A stretch of DNA of 64,000 nt, from the NCBI GenBank assembly GCA_951406725.2, contig OX597817.1, positions 149,110,001 to 149,174,000 of the forward strand, in the 5' to 3' direction. The DNA is from Octopus vulgaris (Eukaryota). The position numbers and the translations under genes are program-made. Below are positions 52,765-64,000 of this stretch, in pieces. The notes beneath the pieces were generated by a model, which was given only the letters and a program-made list of their open reading frames with translations, ran no database searches and was not told where the DNA came from. Within the stretch, counting starts at the first letter, position 1; each line of letters opens with the position of its first letter.

Positions 52765-52985
52765 CATGTGTGTGTATTTGTTTGTGTGTCTGTGTTTGTC
52801 CCCACACCATCACTTGACAACCGATGCTGGTGTGTTTACGTCCCCGTATCTTAGCGGTTCGGCATAAGAGACTGATGGAATAAATACTAAGCTTACAAAG
52901 AAGAAGCCCTGGGGTCGATTTGTTCGACTAAAGGCGGTGCTCCAGTATGGCCACAGTCAAATGACTGAAACAAGTAAAAGAGTAA
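52558..52985 (+). mobile_element. SINE family B, near full length
   Basis: Head, CORE-like ACCTTGGGTAAGT, internal (TA)n and full tail to GAAACAAGTAAAAGAG. Confidence 0.92.
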
Positions 52986-53221
52986 CAGAGTAAACTAGGG
53001 TGTTTTATGTTAAATATCATTTAAATGCTAAAGGTAGTTCTGAATTATTCTATAACTGTGAGTGTAAGCATGTATTCATGTATACATACATACATACATA
53101 CATACATACATACATACATACATACATACATGCAAACATACATACAAACATACATACAAACATACATACATACATACATACATACATACATACATACATA
53201 CATACATACATACATAAATAC

Positions 53222-53335
53222 AAACGAAAGTACCCTGTTGTTGATGTTGAAATTCCAATGAAGGAACCTTGAATGTAGGTTTGAAACCGGCTCTTTCTCT
53301 ATTAGCAAGAAATCTTAAAATAAAACTGGACAACG
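53222..53335 (+). mobile_element. 3' UTR fragment of the (CATA)n-associated RLE LINE
   Basis: Reverse complement of 57797-57895, preceded by (CATA)n. Confidence 0.8.
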
Positions 53336-53672
53336 ACACATATACATGCATACATATATACATGCAGGCATACATACATATATACGCAGACGGACAGACA
53401 GACGGAGGTAGTTAGATATATATATATATATATTAGAAAAAATGAGGTAATCAGAAGATCGGATGGTTCATATTTACAAATATTTATTTATATATTACAT
53501 TTTTTACATATATATATCATATCATTCAGATCATATCATTCAGATCATTAGCGCTTTCTCCGATTCTAGTGGGGTTTTCAAATCAAAATAATTCCTTTGT
53601 GGGGAATTTTAATCATTTTATAGAGTTTCGTAGTGGTGGGGAGGAACAAGACAGCACAAGAGGGTGAAGTGG

Positions 53673-53674
53673 AT

Positions 53675-53760
<86 letters not shown>

Positions 53761-53761
53761 G

Positions 53762-53855
<94 letters not shown>
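53673..53855. repeat. (GATA)n microsatellite
   Basis: About 45 near-perfect units. Confidence 0.97.
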
Positions 53856-54215
53856 GAAATCGACAGAATGACAAACAGGCAAGAAATGAGATACAGAGAG
53901 AGATACAAAAACAGCTATAAATGTGCAAAGACTATTTTAAATTCAAATCATATAGGCCTTCTGTTACTACGTATATATCAAAGCTTATTTGTATCTATTA
54001 AAGTGGGGTTTTTTTTATATTTAAGGGGGATCAAGGTTGCTACCATAAAAATTTCAATATATTGAGTCTGTAAACTGTTTCTGAGTATGAGGTATCATCA
54101 TGAGAGTCACACGAGAGAGGTCTCGACTTTAGACCTTCAAAAGTGCATGTTTCCATATGTTTTCTCCATGTATTTTCTGTATAAATCCGACATTATATAC
54201 AGAACCTTCATACAT

Positions 54216-54297
<82 letters not shown>

Positions 54298-54932
54298 ATA
54301 TATATGTATTTATGTATGTATTTATGTATGTATGTATATACATATATATCAAAACATCAGAAGTAAAGAAAAATGAGAAACTACTTGAGGTAAAAATTCC
54401 GAAAAAGACAAATTCACTTTTTTTTCTTTTCTTAAGTAAGAGTAGCAGACATCGTTTTCGTTTTATTTTGGTATATTATTAAAAGAGACCATTTCTACAT
54501 TTCCTTGGCACCGTGGAATATTCTGTCATTAACAATGCCAAATAGAAGGAATAAAAGAACAACAATAACACTAACAAACCGAAAGTAATAATGCCGCCAA
54601 CAAGAAATGGCTACAACAGCATTTGAAAACCGAGATGTCAACTCTCAAGATAAACCGTCTGAGAAGTGCCAAAAGGGTTATTTATTCGATCACTATCTCA
54701 GCGTAGGTAAACCGGCAATATCAAAAACCTATTTACATTCGACAAGAGCCAAAAATACATCAAAAATAATTTTCACACAACCGTTTTTCTGAGAGAAGAA
54801 AAGCAAAGAAAACAAATATGTGGAGAATGGCATGGAATTTATCAATCTCTGCATTTCAATACTTGCTAACGTTTAACTAAAAACTTTGAGTGCTTACTTT
54901 ATACATGCATATATATATATATATATATATAT

Positions 54933-55007
<75 letters not shown>

Positions 55008-55247
55008 TACATATGTATATATATTATATATTAGTAAACATATGTATATATATTTCTATATATAAATGTATATATATGTATATATATATGTGTGTGTGTA
55101 TATATATATATATATATGTGTGTGTATGTGTAAATATATATATATATTATATCTATCTTTCTAGACATATTTCATATATATAAATTTTTATACACACACA
55201 CACTCATATATATATACACATATACATACATATACACATATATGTAT

Positions 55248-55307
<60 letters not shown>

Positions 55308-55621
55308 CACATATATATATCAAGTAAAAAATATAACCTTCTAAGTCTTGCGATGAAACTCCAGATTTTACAGTGTTCTTTCTGCCGAAGAGAAGACGGA
55401 AGATGGAACGAATGTTTGAAATGTTCCCTTCACAATAATGAGAACCAGTTTCCATTCCACTGTACGATATTTTGAAAAAGTATTTTTTTATAGTCGACAG
55501 AGCCAGAAATGAATCAAAAACACTTGCCACAGAATTGTTTCCTCTGGGGAGAATAACGAACAAACGTGAGGAACAGAATAGAATTTCCCAATATCTGCAC
55601 TTAAATATTTTTCGCATTCCT

Positions 55622-55724
<103 letters not shown>

Positions 55725-55738
55725 CACGCACACACTCT

Positions 55739-55781
<43 letters not shown>

Positions 55782-55839
55782 ATGTTTACGTATATATATG
55801 TATATGCATATATGTATATGCGTATATATATATACGCAT

Positions 55840-55912
<73 letters not shown>

Positions 55913-55957
55913 GATGTATATTTGCATATAAATGAATATATATATATATCTCTCCAT

Positions 55958-56310
55958 CACTTGATTTAGTCGTTAGACTGCGACCATGATGTGGCACAAC
56001 CTTGACGCATTTTAGTACTTATGTTTGTAAAGCTTGTTGGTAGTTATTCTATCTTTCTCTTTTGAGAACTCCTAAATTACGGGGACGCAAACACACCGCC
56101 CACTGTTGCCAAACTGTGGTTGGGGAACAAAGTTACACGAACATACACATATCTATGTGTACATACGACAGGCCTCTTTCAATATCCGTCTACCAAATCC
56201 ACTCCTAGGGCTTCGATCGACCCTAGGCTACAGTAGAAAGCATTTGCCCAAGGTTCCATGTGGCGAGACTGAACCCAGGTCCGTCTGATTGGGAAACAAG
56301 CTTCTTCTAC
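55958..56310 (-). mobile_element. SINE family B, decayed
   Basis: TTGCCCAAGGT and GACTGAACCC reverse-complement motifs. Confidence 0.7.
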
Positions 56311-56528
56311 ATTTTACAGTTATATATTAGAAGCAGATCGATAATTATAACATTACCAACATCACATACTTAATATACGTGTGTGTTGTAAAATGTGGTT
56401 TCCTTTCGCCTAGCTTTGAAGTATACTCTGTTTTATTTTTAACACTATACGTCTTTGAAGCGATCGCCCCTACACGAAATACCGCAGCTTTGTAGCATTT
56501 AACGATACACATGAAAAACATGTGATAG

Positions 56529-56576
<48 letters not shown>

Positions 56577-56642
56577 GGAATTTACAAAAAACAACGCAAA
56601 AGACGAAAACGGGTGTGTAAATAACAAATAGATGTATTAGTT

Positions 56643-56695
<53 letters not shown>

Positions 56696-56754
56696 CATAT
56701 ATATACATATATATACAGAGCGAGGGAGAGAAAGAGAGAGAGTGAAAACAGAGA

Positions 56755-56801
<47 letters not shown>

Positions 56802-56805
56802 AAAG

Positions 56806-57095
56806 AGCCCCTTCGGTCATGAATGACCATTGGATTGCACCTATAAGGTTACCCTCCGAGGCACAAGTCCGAGCAATTTTGTTTATGGAAGACCAGCAGT
56901 CACCCATGCATGCCATTCTCCCTCTCCATGCGTCCGATGTTGTCCAAGGAAATGGCAAAGGGGCCGATACAGCTTGGCACCAGTGACGTCGCAATTCATT
57001 TCTATTGATGAGTGAAATTGAACAAACGTGAAGTAAAGTGTCTTGCTCAAGAACGTAATACACAGCCTGATCTGGGAATCGAACTCACCACGCAA
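56806..57095 (-). mobile_element. SINE family E
   Basis: Similar to 26517-26853 along its length. Confidence 0.85.
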
Positions 57096-57119
57096 TGATT
57101 ATAATCATACCATATGTTA

Positions 57120-57177
<58 letters not shown>

Positions 57178-57301
57178 GTAAAAATTAATACAAAACTTAT
57201 AATTATATAAATATACTTATAGTAAGGTCACTAGTGAGTAGTGCCATATACTAGGAATAGACGCCAAAGGGCTCTAAAAACTACATCATTTATAATAATG
57301 T

Positions 57302-57355
<54 letters not shown>

Positions 57356-57410
57356 GTGTGTATGTGTGTGCATATATGTGTATATATATATATATATATC
57401 TGTGTGTGTA

Positions 57411-57459
<49 letters not shown>

Positions 57460-57659
57460 CTTTGTAATCAAGGATAAAATCTATATAAGATTTTATTAAG
57501 TAATAAAACATAAAGGTAAAAATTAATACAAAGTATATAATTATATATAATTATAGTAAGGGCATTATAGTAAGGGCTGAATGAAGCGCCAGTCGAGTAG
57601 ACAACAGCGATTAGCAATCGGTACGACAAAAGAATAAACAGTTATGATATAAATTCCAT

Positions 57660-57740
57660 TAGCTCACAGTTGTTTTTGCTAACGTATGCGATACACACAT
57701 AGTTAAATGCTTGGGTATCATCATATAGCTTCATCAGAGG
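57660..57740 (-). ncRNA. Degenerate hammerhead motif
   Basis: CT-CTGATGA-A-GCTA..TAGC-AAAAA-CAACTG-TG-AG: the first core box and stem II are intact, GAAA and the cleavage site have decayed. Confidence 0.45.
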
Positions 57741-57796
57741 TTTAACCATGACTGTACGTTGATGTGTGTCTGTGTGTATGTGTGTGTGTGTGTGTG

Positions 57797-58762
57797 ATTG
57801 TTCAGTTTTATTTCAAGATTTCTTGCTAATAGAGTAAGAGCCGGTTTCCAATCTAGATCTAAAGCTCCTTCATTAGAATTTCAACATCAACAACAGTTTG
57901 TATATATATATATGTATGCATGTATGTACGTATATATGTATGTATGCATGTATGTATATATGTATGTATGCATTATGTATGTATGTATTATATATGTACG
58001 TATATATGTGTGTATGTCTGTATGTATTATGTATGTATGCATATATGTAGTTGTATATCTAGACATGCTCATATATGTTTAAATGATAAACTCCTGGAAA
58101 GTTTTACAGATTTTTACAGTTCCAGTGATGGATTGGATCTGTAGTCTCCTAATTAGCTTTCTCCTTTCTGGTTTTGAGAAGCCTATTTTCTCAAGATTGG
58201 TATTTAAGCAGTGTGTTACATAGCACAGTGCCCCAATAATTACAGGTATAAACCTGAACTTGTAATCTGGATAGAGTAACTGTAAATTTCTCAATAGTTC
58301 AGCATAGGTGTTCTCTTTTTCACTGATCTTCAGCTCTATGTTAGCATCCGCTGGGCAGCTAATTTCCATAACTGAATTATGTATGTATATATGTATGTAT
58401 TTATGCATGCATGCATGTATGTATATATGGATGGATGGATGGATGGATGGAAAGATGGAAGGATGGGTGGATGTATGCTTGCAGATTTGTATGCTTTGTT
58501 TTATATATGTCTTTTCGTGCATATACTTGCATATCTTGACATGCTCAGATATACTTAAACTTTAAGTCTTAAATGATAAACCTCTGAAAAATTTTACAGA
58601 TTTTTACAGTTCCAGTGATGGATTAGATATGCAGTCTTGGAATTGGCTTTCTCCTTTCTGGTTTTGAGAAGCTTAATTTCTCAAGATTGGTTTTTAAGCA
58701 GTGTGTTACATATCCCAGGGCCCCAATAATTACAGGTATAAACCTGAAATTGTAAACTGGAA
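57797..58762 (-). mobile_element. Two tandem 3' fragments of the (CATA)n-associated RLE LINE
   Basis: MEISCPADANIELKISEKENTYAELLRNLQLLYPDYKFRFIPVIIGAL..LQIQSITGTVKICKTF (58079-58375). The same segment recurs at 58570-58762. Confidence 0.85.
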
Positions 58763-59655
58763 ATCAAATCAGAATGAATTTTTCTTGCATGTTTTACTGC
58801 CTTGAAACCGTAGGTTTGACTGCTTTTCTTGAGAAATGATGAACAGACGAAAGCAGAACCGAATGGATGAAAAATTGGTTTCATAATCATGGGATTCCTA
58901 ATCGATCTCACTACCCGAACTTTTGAGCAAGTAATTCTTACAATTTCACCGGGTCGCCCCAAGCAACGTGTGGTAAATGGATAGGGGTAAACTGTGAGTA
59001 TATATATTGGTGATTCTGCCTGAGAATTACGTTAAGTTTATTCCACAGATGTCTGTGGAATACTCCGCCATTTTCAAGTTAATTTAAGGAAATTACCCAG
59101 TTAATCGAAGCGCTAAATGCTCACTGACAAACACGACAGTTTAACTATCATTATCATGCTATCTAATACATTAGACATCCATATGTGATTGAACATAAAC
59201 AGTCATTTGTCATAATCTTATTCTCCTCAAGCTAAAAACGTCTGTTCTTTCGTAAGAATTTGGACAAGCTGAAATGTTTTACGATTTCTGTTCACTTGCC
59301 GTTGGCGAAGACCGTAAAATAGCCAGCCTCTCGTCGAAAATCACACCAGCTCACACATACCTATACACAGATATATACATGCATAGAGACATATAAACAC
59401 ACGCATACATATTTATAGTCTATGTCTCTGCTTATATAAATGTGGGTGTATAGATTGTTTGAAGTAGTATACAGATTTTGTGTATTAAGAGAAAGGTGGT
59501 CAGGATTTTGGATAAAACTGATTTTTTTTAGCTCTTACATATCTTTTCAGAGATTAGTCATGAATAATTTATTTACGGAAAATTCATACCTTTTATATAC
59601 ATGTGAGTTAGTTCGGGAAGATCTGGAGTTGAATTGAGAAGATGTTCTTTGTTAT

Positions 59656-59703
<48 letters not shown>

Positions 59704-59850
59704 AAGATAGATTGATACATGGATTGCCTGGTCTACACTTATCAGACGGGTAGTCATGATGCTTATACTGGGCTTCGTATATTTTACCCTGGGAGGGTAA
59801 CTTTCTAGGTGCAATCCCATGGTCGGTCATGACCGAAGTGGGGTCTCAGC

Positions 59851-59899
<49 letters not shown>

Positions 59900-59900
<1 letters not shown>

Positions 59901-60030
59901 TGACTCGGCCATGGAAAATGAAGGGAAGATAGTGTCAGTTATTGTTGGGTCCTTGGGAACAGTTTCAGAAGACATCAAGAGGAATATAAAGGAAATCGGA
60001 ATAGAGTGCCCAGTGGAACTGTTACAAAAG
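59900..60030 (+). mobile_element. R4/Dong-type RLE C-terminal fragment after (TAA)n
   Basis: KIVSVIVGSLGTV..IGIECPVELLQK resembles the PVVIGALG..IQK end of the 6871 ORF. Confidence 0.6.
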
Positions 60031-61194
60031 GAGAAGAGAAAGAAACAAAGGGGAGGGTTTGAATGGAAAAGTAATGGAACCGGTTAAAGTAAAAATAGAA
60101 TAAATAGAAAAACATAGTTTGTATTAAAGGTTAATAAATATGTATGTGTGTGTACGTGCGTGTCTCCGTATATGTGTGTGTGTGTGTCTGTCTGTCTGTC
60201 TGTATGTATGTATGTATGTATGTATGTATGTATGTATGTATGTATGTATAAACGTGCGCACAGCTATCCTTTGAGTCTTCCGAGCCTACTAAACTTCTAT
60301 AAAAACAGACTTGAATGGCAATATTATACTATTAGAGAAATCTCGGACAAACCTTATTAACCTAGAATATTAGTCGAATTTCCGCACAAAATTGTTTTAA
60401 TTAAAATTTAAATGTTACTGTTTAATTGGCTTGTCTATTACATCTACCCTCCTATTCATTCGACATACATACATATATACATGCATACATACATACATAC
60501 ATACATACATACATACATACATACATACATACATACATACATACATACATACGTACGTACATACATACATACATACGTATGTATGTTGTTTTGTGCTTGC
60601 ATCTTTGCTCGCCACTCCCTTTCTAAAGGCGGGATAGGTTTCCATTTTGCTTTAGAATTTTTATCTTTAATCAACTTTTTTAATCTCCTTTTCTCCTCTA
60701 TAAATACATTAATCTGTTTAACAGCGCAGCGGTTAACCTCTGGTGATTGTAAAAAGTGCTACTAAGCAAATTACAGTAGAATTTGATGAGAAATCAAAGA
60801 AACAGTTTGCTCCGTTCCTATAGCAAATTATGGGGTCACCCTCTGACTTCGAAAGCTATAATGAAAGACAATATTGAGAGGGAAATTACAAAGGGACAGA
60901 AATGACATTCTAGAACATTCTCTGTTGAGGCTGCTGATGTTGTTTAATTGTCACTGCTGTTTTGTTGCTGATGGTGGCAGCGGTTGGAACGGTGGCACTT
61001 AATGGTTGTACTAGTTTTAATCTTCTTTTTTTTTTGTTTTGCTTTGTTTCTTGTTATATGCATATGACTAATATGACCCTGTCTAAATTGTCGAAGCATG
61101 AGCCTAGAGAAGACGAAGAAAGTAGTTTACACTAAATGGTCAAATATGACATATACAATAAAGTAACGACAGAGACAGTAAAGAAGAGAAGAGA

Positions 61195-61259
<65 letters not shown>

Positions 61260-61284
61260 CAGAGAGACAGACAGAGATAGACAA

Positions 61285-61337
<53 letters not shown>

Positions 61338-61378
61338 GAGATATACATACATACATACAGACAGACAGACAGATACAC

Positions 61379-61454
<76 letters not shown>

Positions 61455-61493
61455 GATAGACAAACAGACAGACAGATACACAGATAGATAGAC

Positions 61494-61572
<79 letters not shown>

Positions 61573-61601
61573 TACACAGACAGATACACAGATAGATAGA
61601 C

Positions 61602-61664
<63 letters not shown>

Positions 61665-61689
61665 CAGACAGATACACAGACAGATACAC

Positions 61690-61763
<74 letters not shown>
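61195..61763. repeat. (GATA)n/(GACA)n compound microsatellite
   Basis: Read directly. Confidence 0.97.
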
Positions 61764-62391
61764 TAAGGGGTGGGGAATGAGAATATGGCAAAGAGAGAAC
61801 GGAACAGTGGAAGGAAAATCAAAAACAGAAATGGAAAATGGAGGAGAAAAAGGGTGAAAAAGTTAATGATGAAATGAAATATAATTAAACTTTACTGCAA
61901 TTTGCTCTCTCTAATCCCTCCATACTCTCTTCCCATTCCCTTCATTCCAATCTTCTCTCTGTCTCTCTCTCTCTCCGCCTTTCTCTCGCTTCCTCTCTCT
62001 TTCTTTGTCTCTATTGGTATGTGGATTAATTTTGTCTCTTCTGACTTCACACAACTTTACAGATAATGTCAGTCTTCTATTGTACTAGAAACAACGCTGA
62101 TCCTAAACTTGTAGTAGAAGAGGAAATATAAAGCGTGCTATTCAGTGAGTGATATAGGTAGCGGTGGTGGGGAGAGGTGAGATATTCGTGTCATTTCGCC
62201 GTACAGCCAGCCACCGATTCCACGTCTGTGCACAGTTTACAAGTATTGCATATTACATTTATGGCTCGATTTACCAAATAGATAAGACAATGCCAAACGT
62301 ATCGGTTTGTATCATCTTCAATGACGTTGATTGCTAAACTTATTAACAATTTTAGTACAGTCATTATACAAATATTCCGTCATCACTGAAG

Positions 62392-62850
<459 letters not shown>

Positions 62851-63225
62851 ATATACTGTTGTATAGGCATGACTCTGTCGACATATGTGTGCTTATAAAT
62901 TGAATGATTAACGAAGTAATTTCTTAAAATGTACAATCTTAGTTCATCTGTAGAAAAATGCTTGTGTATTGGTAAATATAAGGAATTATGGAAAGTAGGC
63001 AAGTCGTATCATTTACTGTGTAAGCCATTTAATGGTTCCGTGTCCCTGCACTCTTTAAAGTTATGTGGACAGACACATAAAACTTTTGCCATTATATGAA
63101 TTGTCATGCGAACTGTATTTTATTCACAAGGGTATTATATCATTCTGGCGAGAAGATAAAATCGAACTCGCCGCGTTCAACTAGCATTTATGTTACTCTG
63201 AATAAATATCTGAAGACAATTATTC

Positions 63226-63862
63226 ATTTCTACGCAAGGCACAAGGCCCGAAATTTTGTGAGGAGGGGGCTCAGTCGATGGTACTTAATTTATTGATCTC
63301 CGAATGGATGAAAGGTAAAGTCGGCCTCGGCGAAATTTGAACTCAGGATGTAAAGACAGACGAAATGCCACTAAGCATTTCGCCCGGCGTGCTAACGTTT
63401 CTTATTCCTTTACTGCCCACAAGAGGCTACACACAGAGGGGACAGACAAGGACTGACAAACGGATTAAGTCGATTATATCCACCACAGTGTGTAACTGGT
63501 ACTTATTAAATCTCCCCCGAAAGGATAAGAGGCAAAGTCGACCTCGGCGGAATTTGAACTCAGAACGTAAGGGCAGACGAAATGCCACTAAGCATTTTCG
63601 CCTGGCGTGCTAACGTTTCTGCCAACTCGCCGCCTTCTGAAGATAATTCTTTTCTACTCTAGGCACAAGCGCCCGAAATTTTGAGGGGAGGAGCCAGTCG
63701 ATTAGATCGAACCCAGTACGTAACTGGTACTTAATTTATCAACCCCGAATGGTTGAAAGGCAAAGTCGACCTCGGCGGAATTTGAACTCAGAACGTAGCG
63801 GCAGACGAAATACTGCTAAGTATTTCGTCCGGCGTGCTTACGTTTCTGCCAGCTCGCCGCCT
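63226..63862 (-). mobile_element. Cluster of SINE family A copies (dimer plus monomer)
   Basis: Three bodies, heads at about 63636 and 63862. TTCTGAAGATAATT at 63635-63648 and 63865-63878 looks like a TSD around the monomer. Confidence 0.9.
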
Positions 63863-64000
63863 TCTTCTGAAGATAATTATTGATTGAGCACAGTGCATAA
63901 CCATGGTTCGCTTCACAGTCATATGGATTCGCGCTCAGTCGCAATGCGTGGCAGTATCTTTGGCAAATGCTTTCTGTTATAACTATAGAGCGACCAATGC

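Noticed and set aside
53545-53590. Hammerhead-like TTGAAAA..GAAA-GCGC-TA on the minus strand
   Set aside because: It needs a U3-A8 core variant, stem I has only 2 pairs and stem II is poor.
54607-54706. ATG-initiated frame ending at AG|GTAAAC
   Set aside because: No homology or partner exon. Such matches arise by chance.

Overview
AT-rich, microsatellite-saturated animal DNA, most likely octopus intronic or intergenic sequence (inferred from my recognition of the tRNA-derived SINE families). No intact protein-coding gene can be supported: nearly all ORFs in the track are translations of (TA)n, (CA)n, (CATA)n, (GATA)n, (TAA)n or (CAT)n repeats. Recognisable content is several SINE families, decayed LINEs (R4/Dong-type RLE, CR1, RTE, an ORF1-only L1/Tx1-like copy), mariner remnants and MITEs, a Helitron and a Helentron-type HINE. 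The most notable signal is about 10 type I hammerhead ribozyme motifs, 7 with intact catalytic cores. They belong to several unrelated short non-coding elements, mostly sitting in (TA)n tracts and often arranged as inverted repeats (Penelope pLTR or retrozyme-like). They include a 2.1-kb foldback with a ribozyme on each arm and a tRNA-headed, SINE-like element that carries a hammerhead. All structures were paired by eye; repeat boundaries are approximate.
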